Shown here piece by piece: positions 24,284-32,000 of a stretch of DNA of 32,000 nt; the stretch's first letter is position 1; every line of letters begins with the position of its first letter. The position numbers and the translations under genes are program-made. The stretch is from Candidatus Korarchaeum cryptofilum OPF8. Lineage in GTDB: Archaea > Korarchaeota > Korarchaeia > Korarchaeales > Korarchaeaceae. The notes below the pieces were generated by a model that was not told the origin of the DNA, ran no database searches, and was given only the letters and a program-made list of their open reading frames with translations. The stretch covers positions 90,001 to 122,000 of the forward strand of contig NC_010482.1 of NCBI RefSeq assembly GCF_000019605.1. Reading direction: 5' to 3'.

Positions 24284-25888
24284 GATATCAATTAACTTCA
24301 TGAAGTAAGACGAGAGAGGACATACTTCATTACAGAGCCCGCATCCATTGCAGGAATCATCGACTGAGGCCTTCTCTGAGAGCTTTATAGCTTTCCTCTC
24401 ACAATATTCTAAGCAGACACCGCATCCTGTACAAAGATTGGCCCTGGCCAATATTCTCAGGGCCTCAATAGGATCCTCGCTGAGAATTAGCCTATCCTCC
24501 AGGACCTTCATAGCGCTCCTTGAGGTGCGGGAGAGGTTAATGAATCTCTCGTAGTCTAGTTCACTCACCGAGATCGTTCCATCTATAGAAGCCTTTATCG
24601 GCTTCTCCCTGACAGTTCCGCAGAGCTTCCTCATCCTCTCAGGAGGATCAACCCATCTCCACATCCCGTAGGTCAGCCAGCAAGTATCGTAACCCCTCTC
24701 CCTCGAGTATTTCATCAGGAATTCCTCCCACCTCTCCCAGAGGGAGCTGTACCTCTCCCTCAGCCTCATGTAATCCGATAGTCGTGATGCTGGACATAAG
24801 TAGCATCCCAACCTCTCAAATCCCTCGAAGTAGAGCGGATTTACCCTCAAGTTCCTTACCCTTATGTATAACCATGTCTGCAGGTTGCTCCAATCGTTCA
24901 GTGGGGCGGCTGTCAGGAAGCCGGGGAGCCAATCGTTCCTCCACATATATGGGCTGCGCATCCTAGCAGAGGATTCATACCTCCTCTGACCCACCAAAGT
25001 TAAGCCCGGTCTGAGGTGTTTAAGGGCCCTATATGTCGGCATGAGCTTTATCACTTTACAGCACCACCTGTAATCCCTCGCAGGTGGACCGAAGCGGTCG
25101 AGGCTCCTCCAGAATGAATCGCCAGCGTCTCCGATTATATCGCAACCTGTACTCTCAACGAAGCTGATGGTCTCAGGGAGCTCCAATCCGGTATCGTTGA
25201 AGTAAGTCAGGAAATTGATATCGCTTCTCCTCGCTAGTTCCAACAGCACAGAGCTGTCCTTACCTCCAGAGAAGGACACTATGGCCCTCTTTCCTTTCGT
25301 CAATCGCCAAATCATTCTAATGGATTCGAACTCCTTGGATAGAACTGAAGGCTCATTCACCGAAATTACCTTACTCCAGTTATTTTTAACATCCAATGGC
25401 TCCTTAGTCTTCTTAAATTCCTTAATAACCACGTATTTATTCCCGATCCTTTCGGCAATTCCATTCTCGAGCACTAAGTACTTCGGATCCCCCGGCTCAG
25501 CTTCCCCTATCTCCTCCCCTCTCCTGCCTTGGATGGTCCTCCTCTCGATCCTATGTCCTATCCTGATTAGAGAGGGGAGATTGGGCCTGAAGTACCACTT
25601 GAACTCGTATATATCGAAGAAGAGGTGCCCTAATACAGTCCCATCGGCTATTACTTCATAGGATGTATCCAAGTAGGGTGCCCTTCCCAGAAGAACCACT
25701 TCATTGATTATTAGATCCTCATAAGCTCCCGCACCGAATTGATCCTCAAGGACCCTCTTCAATAGTTTGAGGTCCCAATCGAATGCTGGCCTGGGATCGC
25801 TGACCTTGGATATGGGGACAGTAAAGGCTTCCCTCGAGCGTCTAGAGACCAGCGGGACATTTTCCAGCGGATCCCAGTAGAGCCTCAT
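24278..25888 (-). CDS. PAPS-reductase-family PP-loop protein with an N-terminal domain of about 190 aa and a C-terminal 2x[4Fe-4S] ferredoxin domain
   Basis: SFSGGKDSSVL (SGGxDS PP-loop). C-terminal CTGCGVCLEYCERKAI and CNGCGLCNEVCP (two CxxCxxCxxxC(P) motifs). 536 aa. Confidence 0.82.
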   Translation of the reverse strand: MRLYWDPLENVPLVSRRSREAFTVPISKVSDPRPAFDWDLKLLKRVLEDQFGAGAYEDLIINEVVLLGRAPYLDTSYEVIADGTVLGHLFFDIYEFKWYFRPNLPSLIRIGHRIERRTIQGRRGEEIGEAEPGDPKYLVLENGIAERIGNKYVVIKEFKKTKEPLDVKNNWSKVISVNEPSVLSKEFESIRMIWRLTKGKRAIVSFSGGKDSSVLLELARRSDINFLTYFNDTGLELPETISFVESTGCDIIGDAGDSFWRSLDRFGPPARDYRWCCKVIKLMPTYRALKHLRPGLTLVGQRRYESSARMRSPYMWRNDWLPGFLTAAPLNDWSNLQTWLYIRVRNLRVNPLYFEGFERLGCYLCPASRLSDYMRLRERYSSLWERWEEFLMKYSRERGYDTCWLTYGMWRWVDPPERMRKLCGTVREKPIKASIDGTISVSELDYERFINLSRTSRSAMKVLEDRLILSEDPIEALRILARANLCTGCGVCLEYCERKAIKLSEKASVDDSCNGCGLCNEVCPLSSYFMKLIDIS

Positions 25889-26004
25889 AAGATCCCTCTA
25901 TCTGAGCTCTTCATGGATACGTTATATAGAATCGTATCATGCGGTGCGAGTTGACGTGGACGGACTTCATCTAACTTAAACTTTTCCTTAATGGATAAAA
26001 AAAG

Positions 26005-26244
26005 TTAAGGAAGCTTGTATGTTCCCTCTTCAGCTTTCTTGACCAATCCGGACTTGACGAGGGATCTCATCTTCCCGGTTACCTGTTGTACAGGCACTCC
26101 CAGCTCCTTCGCAATTTCTCCGCATTTAACAGGTCTTCCCAGCTTCTTCATAGCATCTAATATCTTTTTAGATAAATCGTCTAGTTTTACCTCCTCCTTC
26201 TCCTTGACTTCCTTCTTAGCTGAGGACTTCCTACTGCAGGGCAT
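26005..26244 (-). CDS. Small winged-helix DNA-binding protein with a Lys/Glu-rich N-terminal tail
   Basis: 79 aa. KILDAMKKLGRPVKCGEIAKELGVPVQQVTGKMRSLVKSGLVKKAEEGTYKL has a wHTH pattern, and the tail is SSAKKEVKEKEEVK. A TATA-like aaatatttataag lies upstream on the minus strand. Confidence 0.65.
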   Translation of the reverse strand: MPCSRKSSAKKEVKEKEEVKLDDLSKKILDAMKKLGRPVKCGEIAKELGVPVQQVTGKMRSLVKSGLVKKAEEGTYKLP

Positions 26245-26439
26245 ACGCTCCCCAGACTTCCGGGTGAGAATTTACTTATAAATATTTCAAGGGCAGGAGT
26301 ATTAGAGCGGGCGCAGGGGAAGAAAAATTAAAATTTTTTATCATTCGATGAGCTCCGCAATCAACTCCCCATTAGATACGTCAATTGTTGAATTATGATT
26401 ATAATATACTACTTGGCTGAAACTTCGGTGATAGCTGTG

Positions 26440-26691
26440 ATGGTGATCGATTGGACCGATTTCCCCAATCCCCCCAGAGGTATGAGGAGCCTCGATATCA
26501 CAGAGGTGAGGAGAGTATACGACTACGAACTGCCCCCTCTCGTCATCTACGCTGGCGTGGCTGAGGACGAAACTGGGAGGGTCATCCCAGTTGTAGCTAT
26601 CCTCGAGGAAGGCACTAATGTGGCTAAGCTCTACCTCTTCGAGGAGAAGGACAGGGTGAAGGAGAAGGAACTCATAGCTTCCTTCGCTTGA
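26440..26691 (+). CDS. Hypothetical small protein (83 aa)
   Basis: GGTGAT lies 8-13 nt before ATG 26440. The track start at 26395 adds an implausible hydrophobic leader. It sits immediately upstream of the dehydrogenase/hydratase gene. No family recognised. Confidence 0.5.
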   Translation: MVIDWTDFPNPPRGMRSLDITEVRRVYDYELPPLVIYAGVAEDETGRVIPVVAILEEGTNVAKLYLFEEKDRVKEKELIASFA

Positions 26692-26736
26692 ACGAAAACA
26701 TTTTTCTTGAAATCCCCTCTCTCACTCGGGGATATC

Positions 26737-28671
26737 ATGAGGATAGCGGTTTTAGGAGCCGGAACGATGGGTCATGGGATAGCTCAGGTAGCTGCGATGG
26801 CAGGTTATGAGGTCTACTTAAGGGATGTGAGCGATGAATTCGTCCAAAGAGGGATAGAGAGAATAAGAGCGAGCTTAAGTAAATTCTTAGAGAAGGGAAA
26901 AATCAGCAGGGAGGAGATGGAGTCTGTTTTAAGCAGGATACACGGAACCACGGACCTGGGATCGGCCGTAAAGAATGTGGATTTCGTTATAGAGGCCGTT
27001 CCGGAAGTATTCGATATTAAAGCGGAGATATTCAGGGAGATAGATCGGATAGCTCCTCCTAATACAGTATTCGCGACTAATACCAGCAGCTTACCGATAT
27101 CGGAGCTAGCATCAGTAACTTCAAGGCCAGATAGATTCGTAGGGATGCACTTCTTCAATCCCCCTCAGTTGATGAGGCTCGTTGAGGTCGTCAGGGGAGA
27201 TAGGACTTCCGAGGAGACCGTGAGGAAGACGATCGAGTTAGCTAAATCGATGGGGAAGGAGCCCATATTGGTGAAGAAGGACGTCCCGGGATTCATAGTG
27301 AACAGGATACTAGTTAGGTGGCTCAATGAAGCTTGTCTAATAGCTGAGAGGGAAGGGAAGGATATGAAACTCATAGATAGCTCCCTAAAGGGGAGAGCAG
27401 GGCTTCCCATGGGAGCCTTCGAGCTCTCCGATTACATAGGCTTGGATGTGATGAGGGATATAATAGATGCTATGGTGGGGAGGGGCTTCGCTCTCAAGCC
27501 CTGCTCTAAGTGGTACGAATTAGTAAGCAAGGGGATGCTAGGCGCTAAGACAGGCCAGGGTTTCTATGACTGGAGTAAGGGAAGGCCTCAGATTCCACCT
27601 AATCCTGATGCTGATTTCGATCCAATGGAAGTGCTCTGCATGGCAGTGAATGAAGCTGCCTGGCTCCTCAGGAACGATGTAGCTTCCGCTGAGGAGATAG
27701 ATAAAGCTGTGATCCTGGGTTTGAACTTTCCGAAGGGCCCCCTCAGGATGGGTGATGAGTACGGATTGGATAAGATAAAGGGCATAATAGAGAGGAAAGC
27801 TAAGGAATTCGGACTCCCTGAATACGCTGTCGACCCTCTGATAAGCGAGAAAGTAGCTAGAGGGGAGTTAGGTATCAACTCGGGCAGGGGGTTCTTCGAT
27901 TACAGCATCAAGCAGAAGGAGTTCGGCCCAGTTATCTATAAAGAGAGCCCTCCGATCGCCTGGATAAAGCTGAATAGACCGGAGAAATTGAACGCATTGG
28001 ATGATGATATGGTCAGAGGGATCCTATCGGCGCTTGAGGAAGCGAGGAAGGAGGAGATAAGGGTAGTAGTGATAACTGGTGAGGGCAAGGCTTTCTGCGC
28101 GGGAGCTGATATAAGGGGCTTCAAGGGGATCGGTCCCATAGATGCTTTTAATCTATCTAAACGGCTAAACAGTGCTTTCAGGGAGATATATGAATTTCCG
28201 AAGCCCGTTATAGCTATGATAAATGGATTCGCCCTCGGAGGGGGGCTGGAGCTGGCTATGGCATGCGATCTGAGGGTGGCAAGTGAGAGGGCTCAGTTCG
28301 GTCAGCCCGAGATAACTCTGGGAATAATAACCGGGGCCGGAGGGTCTTTCAGGCTCCCCGAATTAGTTGGGATCCCCAAGGCCAAGGAGCTCATGTTCAC
28401 TGGGGATATGATAACTGCTGATGAGGCCCTGAGGATAGGCCTGGTCAATAGGGTCGTTAAGCATGATAATCTAGAGGAGGAAACTAGGAATCTAGCTATG
28501 AAGATAGCTGAGAGGCCTCCAATAGCTATCTCAATATATAAGGCGTTACTAAACGGTCAAAAATATGATGCCGAGGCCCTGGCCTTCGGCCTCGTCTTCT
28601 CAACTGAGGATTCGGGGGAGGGGATAAACGCCTTTTTGGAGAAGAGAAAACCGGAGTTTAAGGGGAGGTAA
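26737..28671 (+). CDS. Bifunctional 3-hydroxyacyl-CoA dehydrogenase (N-terminal) / enoyl-CoA hydratase (C-terminal)
   Basis: MRIAVLGAGTMGHGIAQ NAD Rossmann motif and HFFNPP in the dehydrogenase half. ITGEGKAFCAGADI and INGFALGGGLELAMACD crotonase motifs in the C-terminal half. I prefer ATG 26737 over the track's TTG 26707. Confidence 0.9.
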   Translation: MRIAVLGAGTMGHGIAQVAAMAGYEVYLRDVSDEFVQRGIERIRASLSKFLEKGKISREEMESVLSRIHGTTDLGSAVKNVDFVIEAVPEVFDIKAEIFREIDRIAPPNTVFATNTSSLPISELASVTSRPDRFVGMHFFNPPQLMRLVEVVRGDRTSEETVRKTIELAKSMGKEPILVKKDVPGFIVNRILVRWLNEACLIAEREGKDMKLIDSSLKGRAGLPMGAFELSDYIGLDVMRDIIDAMVGRGFALKPCSKWYELVSKGMLGAKTGQGFYDWSKGRPQIPPNPDADFDPMEVLCMAVNEAAWLLRNDVASAEEIDKAVILGLNFPKGPLRMGDEYGLDKIKGIIERKAKEFGLPEYAVDPLISEKVARGELGINSGRGFFDYSIKQKEFGPVIYKESPPIAWIKLNRPEKLNALDDDMVRGILSALEEARKEEIRVVVITGEGKAFCAGADIRGFKGIGPIDAFNLSKRLNSAFREIYEFPKPVIAMINGFALGGGLELAMACDLRVASERAQFGQPEITLGIITGAGGSFRLPELVGIPKAKELMFTGDMITADEALRIGLVNRVVKHDNLEEETRNLAMKIAERPPIAISIYKALLNGQKYDAEALAFGLVFSTEDSGEGINAFLEKRKPEFKGR

Positions 28672-28878
28672 TCATATCTCCACTATGTATATGTCCTTGC
28701 AGGCCTTTACCGAATCGTAAGGGATCCTCCTCTTCTCCCCCCTCCTCCCCGTGTTTATCTCTATTTCAACGAGCTTTCCCTCCACATCATCGAAAGTGAA
28801 GTCCTCCGTTACGCCTAAGAAGACGCCATCGCTCGAATACACCTGCATCTCATATAGCTCAGATATCTTCCTCGCCAA
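28672..28878 (-). CDS. PRC-barrel domain protein (68 aa)
   Basis: MQVYSSDGVFLGVTEDFTFDDVEGKLVEIEI follows the PRC-barrel pattern. It starts 4 nt downstream of the ATP-grasp gene, so the two are probably co-transcribed. Confidence 0.6.
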   Translation of the reverse strand: MARKISELYEMQVYSSDGVFLGVTEDFTFDDVEGKLVEIEINTGRRGEKRRIPYDSVKACKDIYIVEI

Positions 28879-28882
28879 GCCC

Positions 28883-29575
28883 TCACCTCAGGATTATCCT
28901 GGCATCAACCACTTTAATACCTTTGGGGTATGCTATCACTGGGTTGAGGTCCATCTCAGCGATCTCCTCGTTCTCAACACCTATCCTCCCTGCCCTTATC
29001 AGAGCGTCCTTTATCGCCTCTATATCGACTGGTTCCATCCCCCTGAAGCCAGTGAGGAGCTTGTATGCCTTCACCTCCTTTATCATTGATTCAGCATCCT
29101 GCTCCGATAGAGGGGCGACTCTGAATGAGACGTCCCTGAAGAGCTCGACGAAGACCCCTCCGAGCCCGAACATGACAGTGGGTCCGAACTGCGGGTCCCT
29201 CAGGAGACCTATTATCAGCTCAACACCCGGAGGTGCGAATTCCTGAACTAGGATACCTTCTATCTCAGCATTTGGAACGTTCCTCTTGACGTTCTCGATT
29301 ATCTCCCTGTAAGCCTTCCTCACCTCCTCCTCGCTCCTCAAGTTCACCTTCACACCGCCCACATCGCTTTTATGGACCACTTGAGGGGATACTATCTTGA
29401 GGACGACCGGGAAACCTATCTCCCTTGAAAAATTGACGGCCTCTTCCTCACTCTTCGCCAATCTTATATTAGTCACCGGAATCCCATAGCTGGAGATGAA
29501 ATACTTGGCCTCGTGCTCCAGGAGGGACTTCCTCCCGTTCTCCTTAGCTTTAAGCAATAGGTCCCTTGAGCTCAT
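28883..29575 (-). CDS. ATP-grasp protein, ADP-forming acetyl/acyl-CoA synthetase beta-subunit type
   Basis: LLEHEAKYFISSYGIPV and VVLKIVSPQVVHKSDVGGVKVNL are typical of ACD beta / succinyl-CoA synthetase beta-like ATP-grasp folds. I place the start at ATG 29575 (MSSRDLLLKAKE...), preceded by GGTGATC. The track start at 29638 adds 21 unlikely residues. Confidence 0.8.
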   Translation of the reverse strand: MSSRDLLLKAKENGRKSLLEHEAKYFISSYGIPVTNIRLAKSEEEAVNFSREIGFPVVLKIVSPQVVHKSDVGGVKVNLRSEEEVRKAYREIIENVKRNVPNAEIEGILVQEFAPPGVELIIGLLRDPQFGPTVMFGLGGVFVELFRDVSFRVAPLSEQDAESMIKEVKAYKLLTGFRGMEPVDIEAIKDALIRAGRIGVENEEIAEMDLNPVIAYPKGIKVVDARIILR

Positions 29576-29653
29576 GAGATCACCGCCCCATGCTACATAC
29601 AAAAAATTTAAACAATTTGTTCGAGCCCCTAGAATCAATAAAACATCTTCTCA

Positions 29654-30922
29654 TTAAAAGAAGCTTCTTCTAGCTCTCTTCAGCCTCAATATGCTCTTTG
29701 GTATCCCCCTTTGCCTTTCTTCCTTCTTCTCTACATCTATTTTTGGCTCCTCCTTCCTCTCGATTCTCATAGCTTCCCTAGGTACGTAGTACCTCCCGGC
29801 CCTGTCCTTCTCGAGGAGGCCAGCGACCACTAGGGCCTCGAGCCTAGAGTATGCTATAGATACGGGCGTCTCAGCTTCTATAGCGACCTTCTCTAGGATA
29901 ACGGGTCCTCCGTTAAAGTTCCTGATTATTATCTCGAGCTCCCTCCTCATCTTGGGAGGGGCTCTCTTTATGTAGTCCAGGATCTCGGCCTCAGAATCCA
30001 TTACCTTATCGAAAACATACATATCAACTCTGCTCCTCCCCAGAATGGTCGCAACCTCTAAGCTCTTAGCTAGGAAATCCAGGAGCTTCCCAGGTATGCC
30101 CTCAGCTAGCCTGTTGGCAGCGATGATGACTTCCTCAGTCAGGGGCTCCAGTGGAGCCTCTGGGATCTTGCTCCTGAAAGCGCTCAACCTCCTGGATACG
30201 AGGTTTATCGCTTCATCATCGGTCAGGGGCGGGATAGTTATCCTCTCATGAACCCTCGATGTCAGGGCGGGAAACCTCTTGTCGACCTCATCATAGGCCT
30301 CGTCGCTCATAGCTGTAACTATGAGGATACCCTCGGGCATCACGGAGACTATCTCCCTCAACATCTCGAAGAAGAAGAAGGACCACCTCTCATCGGTGTA
30401 GAGCATGTTGTGCACATCATCTAGGAGCAGCGCTGTGGGAGCTATTGAGTTCAAAGATTTAACTATCATGTCACCAGCATCTGCCGGGGAAGCCTTCAAG
30501 TTCAGGAGCTCCTCCTCCGTCAAGGTATCGGGCATCCCGAGGAACAGTTTCTTCAGTGTCTTCGATATCCCCCTGGATCTCTCATATACAGTAGATAGTA
30601 TGCTATCTATGGCATCAGGCCCCTCTACAGCGGATATCTCCTGGTATATTCCATCTAACTCAGCCCTATGGTAAGAATACCTGAGGAGATGAAGTCTGAG
30701 GCTTCTCCCGGATCCCGGAGGTCCTGTTATCGTTACGAAAGCGGATGCTACTCCCGACATAGTTTCGGCAGCCAGCGAGTCTAAAACGTCATCAACCCAC
30801 TGTTTACTGAATATCGAGGTAGGATCCTCAAGCTCGACGAGAGAAGACCTAAGAAAGGGATTTCTAGTCAGCCCGAAGAGCTTCTGATAGTAGCTTGGGC
30901 TCACCGATCTCAATTTCACCAC
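29654..30922 (-). CDS. AAA+ (ExeA/ORC-like, AAA_22-type) P-loop protein with a C-terminal winged helix and a basic tail; atypical Walker A
   Basis: N-terminal FGLTRNPF (ExeA-like motif). P-loop GPPGSGRS, with Arg where the Walker A Lys is expected. Walker B LLLDDVH. C-terminal wHTH (YSRLEALVVAGLLEKDRAGRYYV) followed by a K/E/R-rich tail. Confidence 0.75.
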   Translation of the reverse strand: MVKLRSVSPSYYQKLFGLTRNPFLRSSLVELEDPTSIFSKQWVDDVLDSLAAETMSGVASAFVTITGPPGSGRSLRLHLLRYSYHRAELDGIYQEISAVEGPDAIDSILSTVYERSRGISKTLKKLFLGMPDTLTEEELLNLKASPADAGDMIVKSLNSIAPTALLLDDVHNMLYTDERWSFFFFEMLREIVSVMPEGILIVTAMSDEAYDEVDKRFPALTSRVHERITIPPLTDDEAINLVSRRLSAFRSKIPEAPLEPLTEEVIIAANRLAEGIPGKLLDFLAKSLEVATILGRSRVDMYVFDKVMDSEAEILDYIKRAPPKMRRELEIIIRNFNGGPVILEKVAIEAETPVSIAYSRLEALVVAGLLEKDRAGRYYVPREAMRIERKEEPKIDVEKKEERQRGIPKSILRLKRARRSFF

Positions 30923-31029
30923 TCCCTGTCATGTCGATGGGATCGATTTAAAACCGTTAGTCGGATGGGACCCCCCTCATGATAAACCTTTTTAACCCGT
31001 GGGGGCAAGCTGATCCCGGTGATTAAGCG

Positions 31030-32000
31030 TTGCAGAAGTATAAGAAGGTGATAGACCATCTTCAGGAGCTGATGAGAGATCCCAGAAACATTAGAAATAT
31101 AGGGATAATAGCGCACGTCGATCACGGGAAGACGACGCTCTCCGACAATCTATTGTCGGCCGCCGGGATGATAAGCGATAAGATGGCGGGGGAGATGAGG
31201 GCCCTGGACTATCATGAGATAGAGCAGCAGAGGGGGATAACGATAAAGGCAGCCAACATATCGCTTTACTACCAGAGAGATGGGAAGGAATTCGCGATAA
31301 ATCTCGTCGATACCCCGGGCCACATAGACTTCACCGGCCACGTCACAAGATCCCTTAGAGTCATAGACGGTGCTATAGTAGTCGTGGACTCTGTGGAGGA
31401 AGTGATGGTCCAGACCGAGACTGTGACGAGGCAGGCGCTAGAGGAGAGAGTGCGGCCCCTGCTCTTCATAAATAAGATAGATAGGCTCATAAAGGAGCTC
31501 AAGCTGACTCCTCAGGAGATACAGCAGAAGATACTCAGGATAATAAGGGATTTCAATGGATTGATAGAGGCTTATGGCGAGCCGGAGTTCAGGGAGAAGT
31601 GGAAGGTGAAGTGGGACAATGATAGCGTTGCCTTTGGCTCTGCTCTACATGGATGGGGTTTAACGAACTCTATAGCTGCGAAGAAGGGGATAAGGTTCTC
31701 CGATATAGTGGATATATATAATGAGGATCCCGAAGGCCTGGCCCTAAGGAGGGACATACCTGTTCATGAAGCATTGCTCGATATGGTCGCCCTGCACGTC
31801 CCAGACCCTATCGAGGCTCAATCCTATAGGGTTGAGAGGCTCTGGAGGGATAAACAGGATGAGGAGCTCTTCAATGCGCTTAAAAATTGCGATCCAAATG
31901 GTCCCCTCATAATGGGGGTTAATGCGGTTAGGATAGATCCGCACGCAGGTATAGTGGTGACAGGTAGAGTCTTCAGCGGAACTCTGCGTGAGGGTGAGGA
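31030..32000 (+). CDS. fusA: Translation elongation factor 2 (aEF-2), N-terminal part; continues beyond the window
   Basis: The frame is open from the TAA at 31024-31026 to the window end. It translates as ...DPRNIRNIGIIAHVDHGKTTLSDNLL (G1), DTPGHIDF (G3), NKIDR (G4). It is not in the ORF track, probably because the stop is outside the window. Start is probably TTG 31030 (MQKYKKVIDHLQELM...), alternatively GTG 31048 or ATG 31072. Confidence 0.9.
   Translation, partial: MQKYKKVIDHLQELMRDPRNIRNIGIIAHVDHGKTTLSDNLLSAAGMISDKMAGEMRALDYHEIEQQRGITIKAANISLYYQRDGKEFAINLVDTPGHIDFTGHVTRSLRVIDGAIVVVDSVEEVMVQTETVTRQALEERVRPLLFINKIDRLIKELKLTPQEIQQKILRIIRDFNGLIEAYGEPEFREKWKVKWDNDSVAFGSALHGWGLTNSIAAKKGIRFSDIVDIYNEDPEGLALRRDIPVHEALLDMVALHVPDPIEAQSYRVERLWRDKQDEELFNALKNCDPNGPLIMGVNAVRIDPHAGIVVTGRVFSGTLREGE

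Noticed and set aside
24348-25661. Plus-strand ORFs (68, 60 and 148 aa) inside the PAPS-reductase-like gene, and similar small antisense ORFs listed in the track (1832-2173, 3202-3396, 3930-4328, 4374-4697, 6057-6810, 26814-28139, 28751-29246, 30045-30674, 30916-31944)
   Set aside because: All of them overlap strongly supported genes on the opposite strand and translate to low-complexity Ser/Leu/Pro/Ile-rich sequence. This is typical of frame shadows in RNY-biased archaeal coding regions.
28883-29575. An ACD beta-type ATP-grasp gene without an adjacent alpha subunit, as an anomaly
   Set aside because: As I recall, alpha and beta subunits of archaeal ADP-forming acyl-CoA synthetases are often encoded at separate loci, so an isolated beta gene is not unusual.
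30923-31029. Replication origin next to the ORC-like AAA+ gene
   Set aside because: The 107-bp spacer is not AT-rich and shows no repeated ORB-like elements. The ATPase carries ExeA-like rather than clear Orc1/Cdc6 features.
1-32000. Search for CRISPR arrays, tRNA/rRNA genes, transposases/integrases and terminal inverted repeats
   Set aside because: I found no short regularly spaced direct repeats, no GTTCGAATC-type T-arm or cloverleaf candidates in the intergenic regions, and no DDE/tyrosine-recombinase-like ORFs. The triplicated cassette is not bounded by IS-like ends, so I do not call it a mobile element.

Overview
This is a densely packed archaeal chromosomal segment. Supporting evidence: archaeal EF-2, a crenarchaeal-type single-OB SSB, a TIP49/RuvB-like ATPase, a two-subunit class I Fe-S fumarase, AGG/AGA/ATA-rich codon usage, several TTG/GTG starts and TATA boxes about 25-30 nt upstream of start codons. 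My unverified guess is a Korarchaeota/TACK-type thermophile. I support about 30 protein genes and saw no rRNA, tRNA, CRISPR array, transposase or integrase. The flanks carry ordinary metabolic and information-processing genes: radical SAM/SPASM, SSB, aminotransferase, fumarase alpha/beta, an FAD protein, a PdeM-like phosphoesterase, SWIM and XRE-HTH proteins, an M28/PA peptidase, an EamA transporter, TIP49, a PAPS-reductase-like PP-loop/ferredoxin protein, a 3-hydroxyacyl-CoA dehydrogenase/enoyl-CoA hydratase fusion, a PRC barrel, an ADP-forming acyl-CoA synthetase beta-type ATP-grasp protein, an AAA+ protein with a wHTH, and EF-2. The standout is 9.4-16.4 kb, a tandem triplication of a 2.2-2.4 kb cassette. 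Each cassette is a divergent gene pair sharing a short bidirectional promoter. One gene encodes a secreted protein of about 290 aa that I cannot assign to any family. The other encodes an N-terminally membrane-anchored, beta-propeller-like protein of about 400 aa ending in an invariant ...ADVVYLEDxPPCKS. The three copies are mosaics, with near-identical nucleotide tracts embedded in diverged sequence and different copy pairs sharing different tracts. The array also looks more AT-rich than its flanks. I propose it as a candidate undescribed two-component cell-surface system undergoing gene conversion and diversification; the function is inference only. Secondary curiosities are a tightly coupled orphan pair (secreted 486 aa plus 208 aa), an AAA+ protein with Arg replacing the Walker A Lys, and an archaeal RuvBL homolog.
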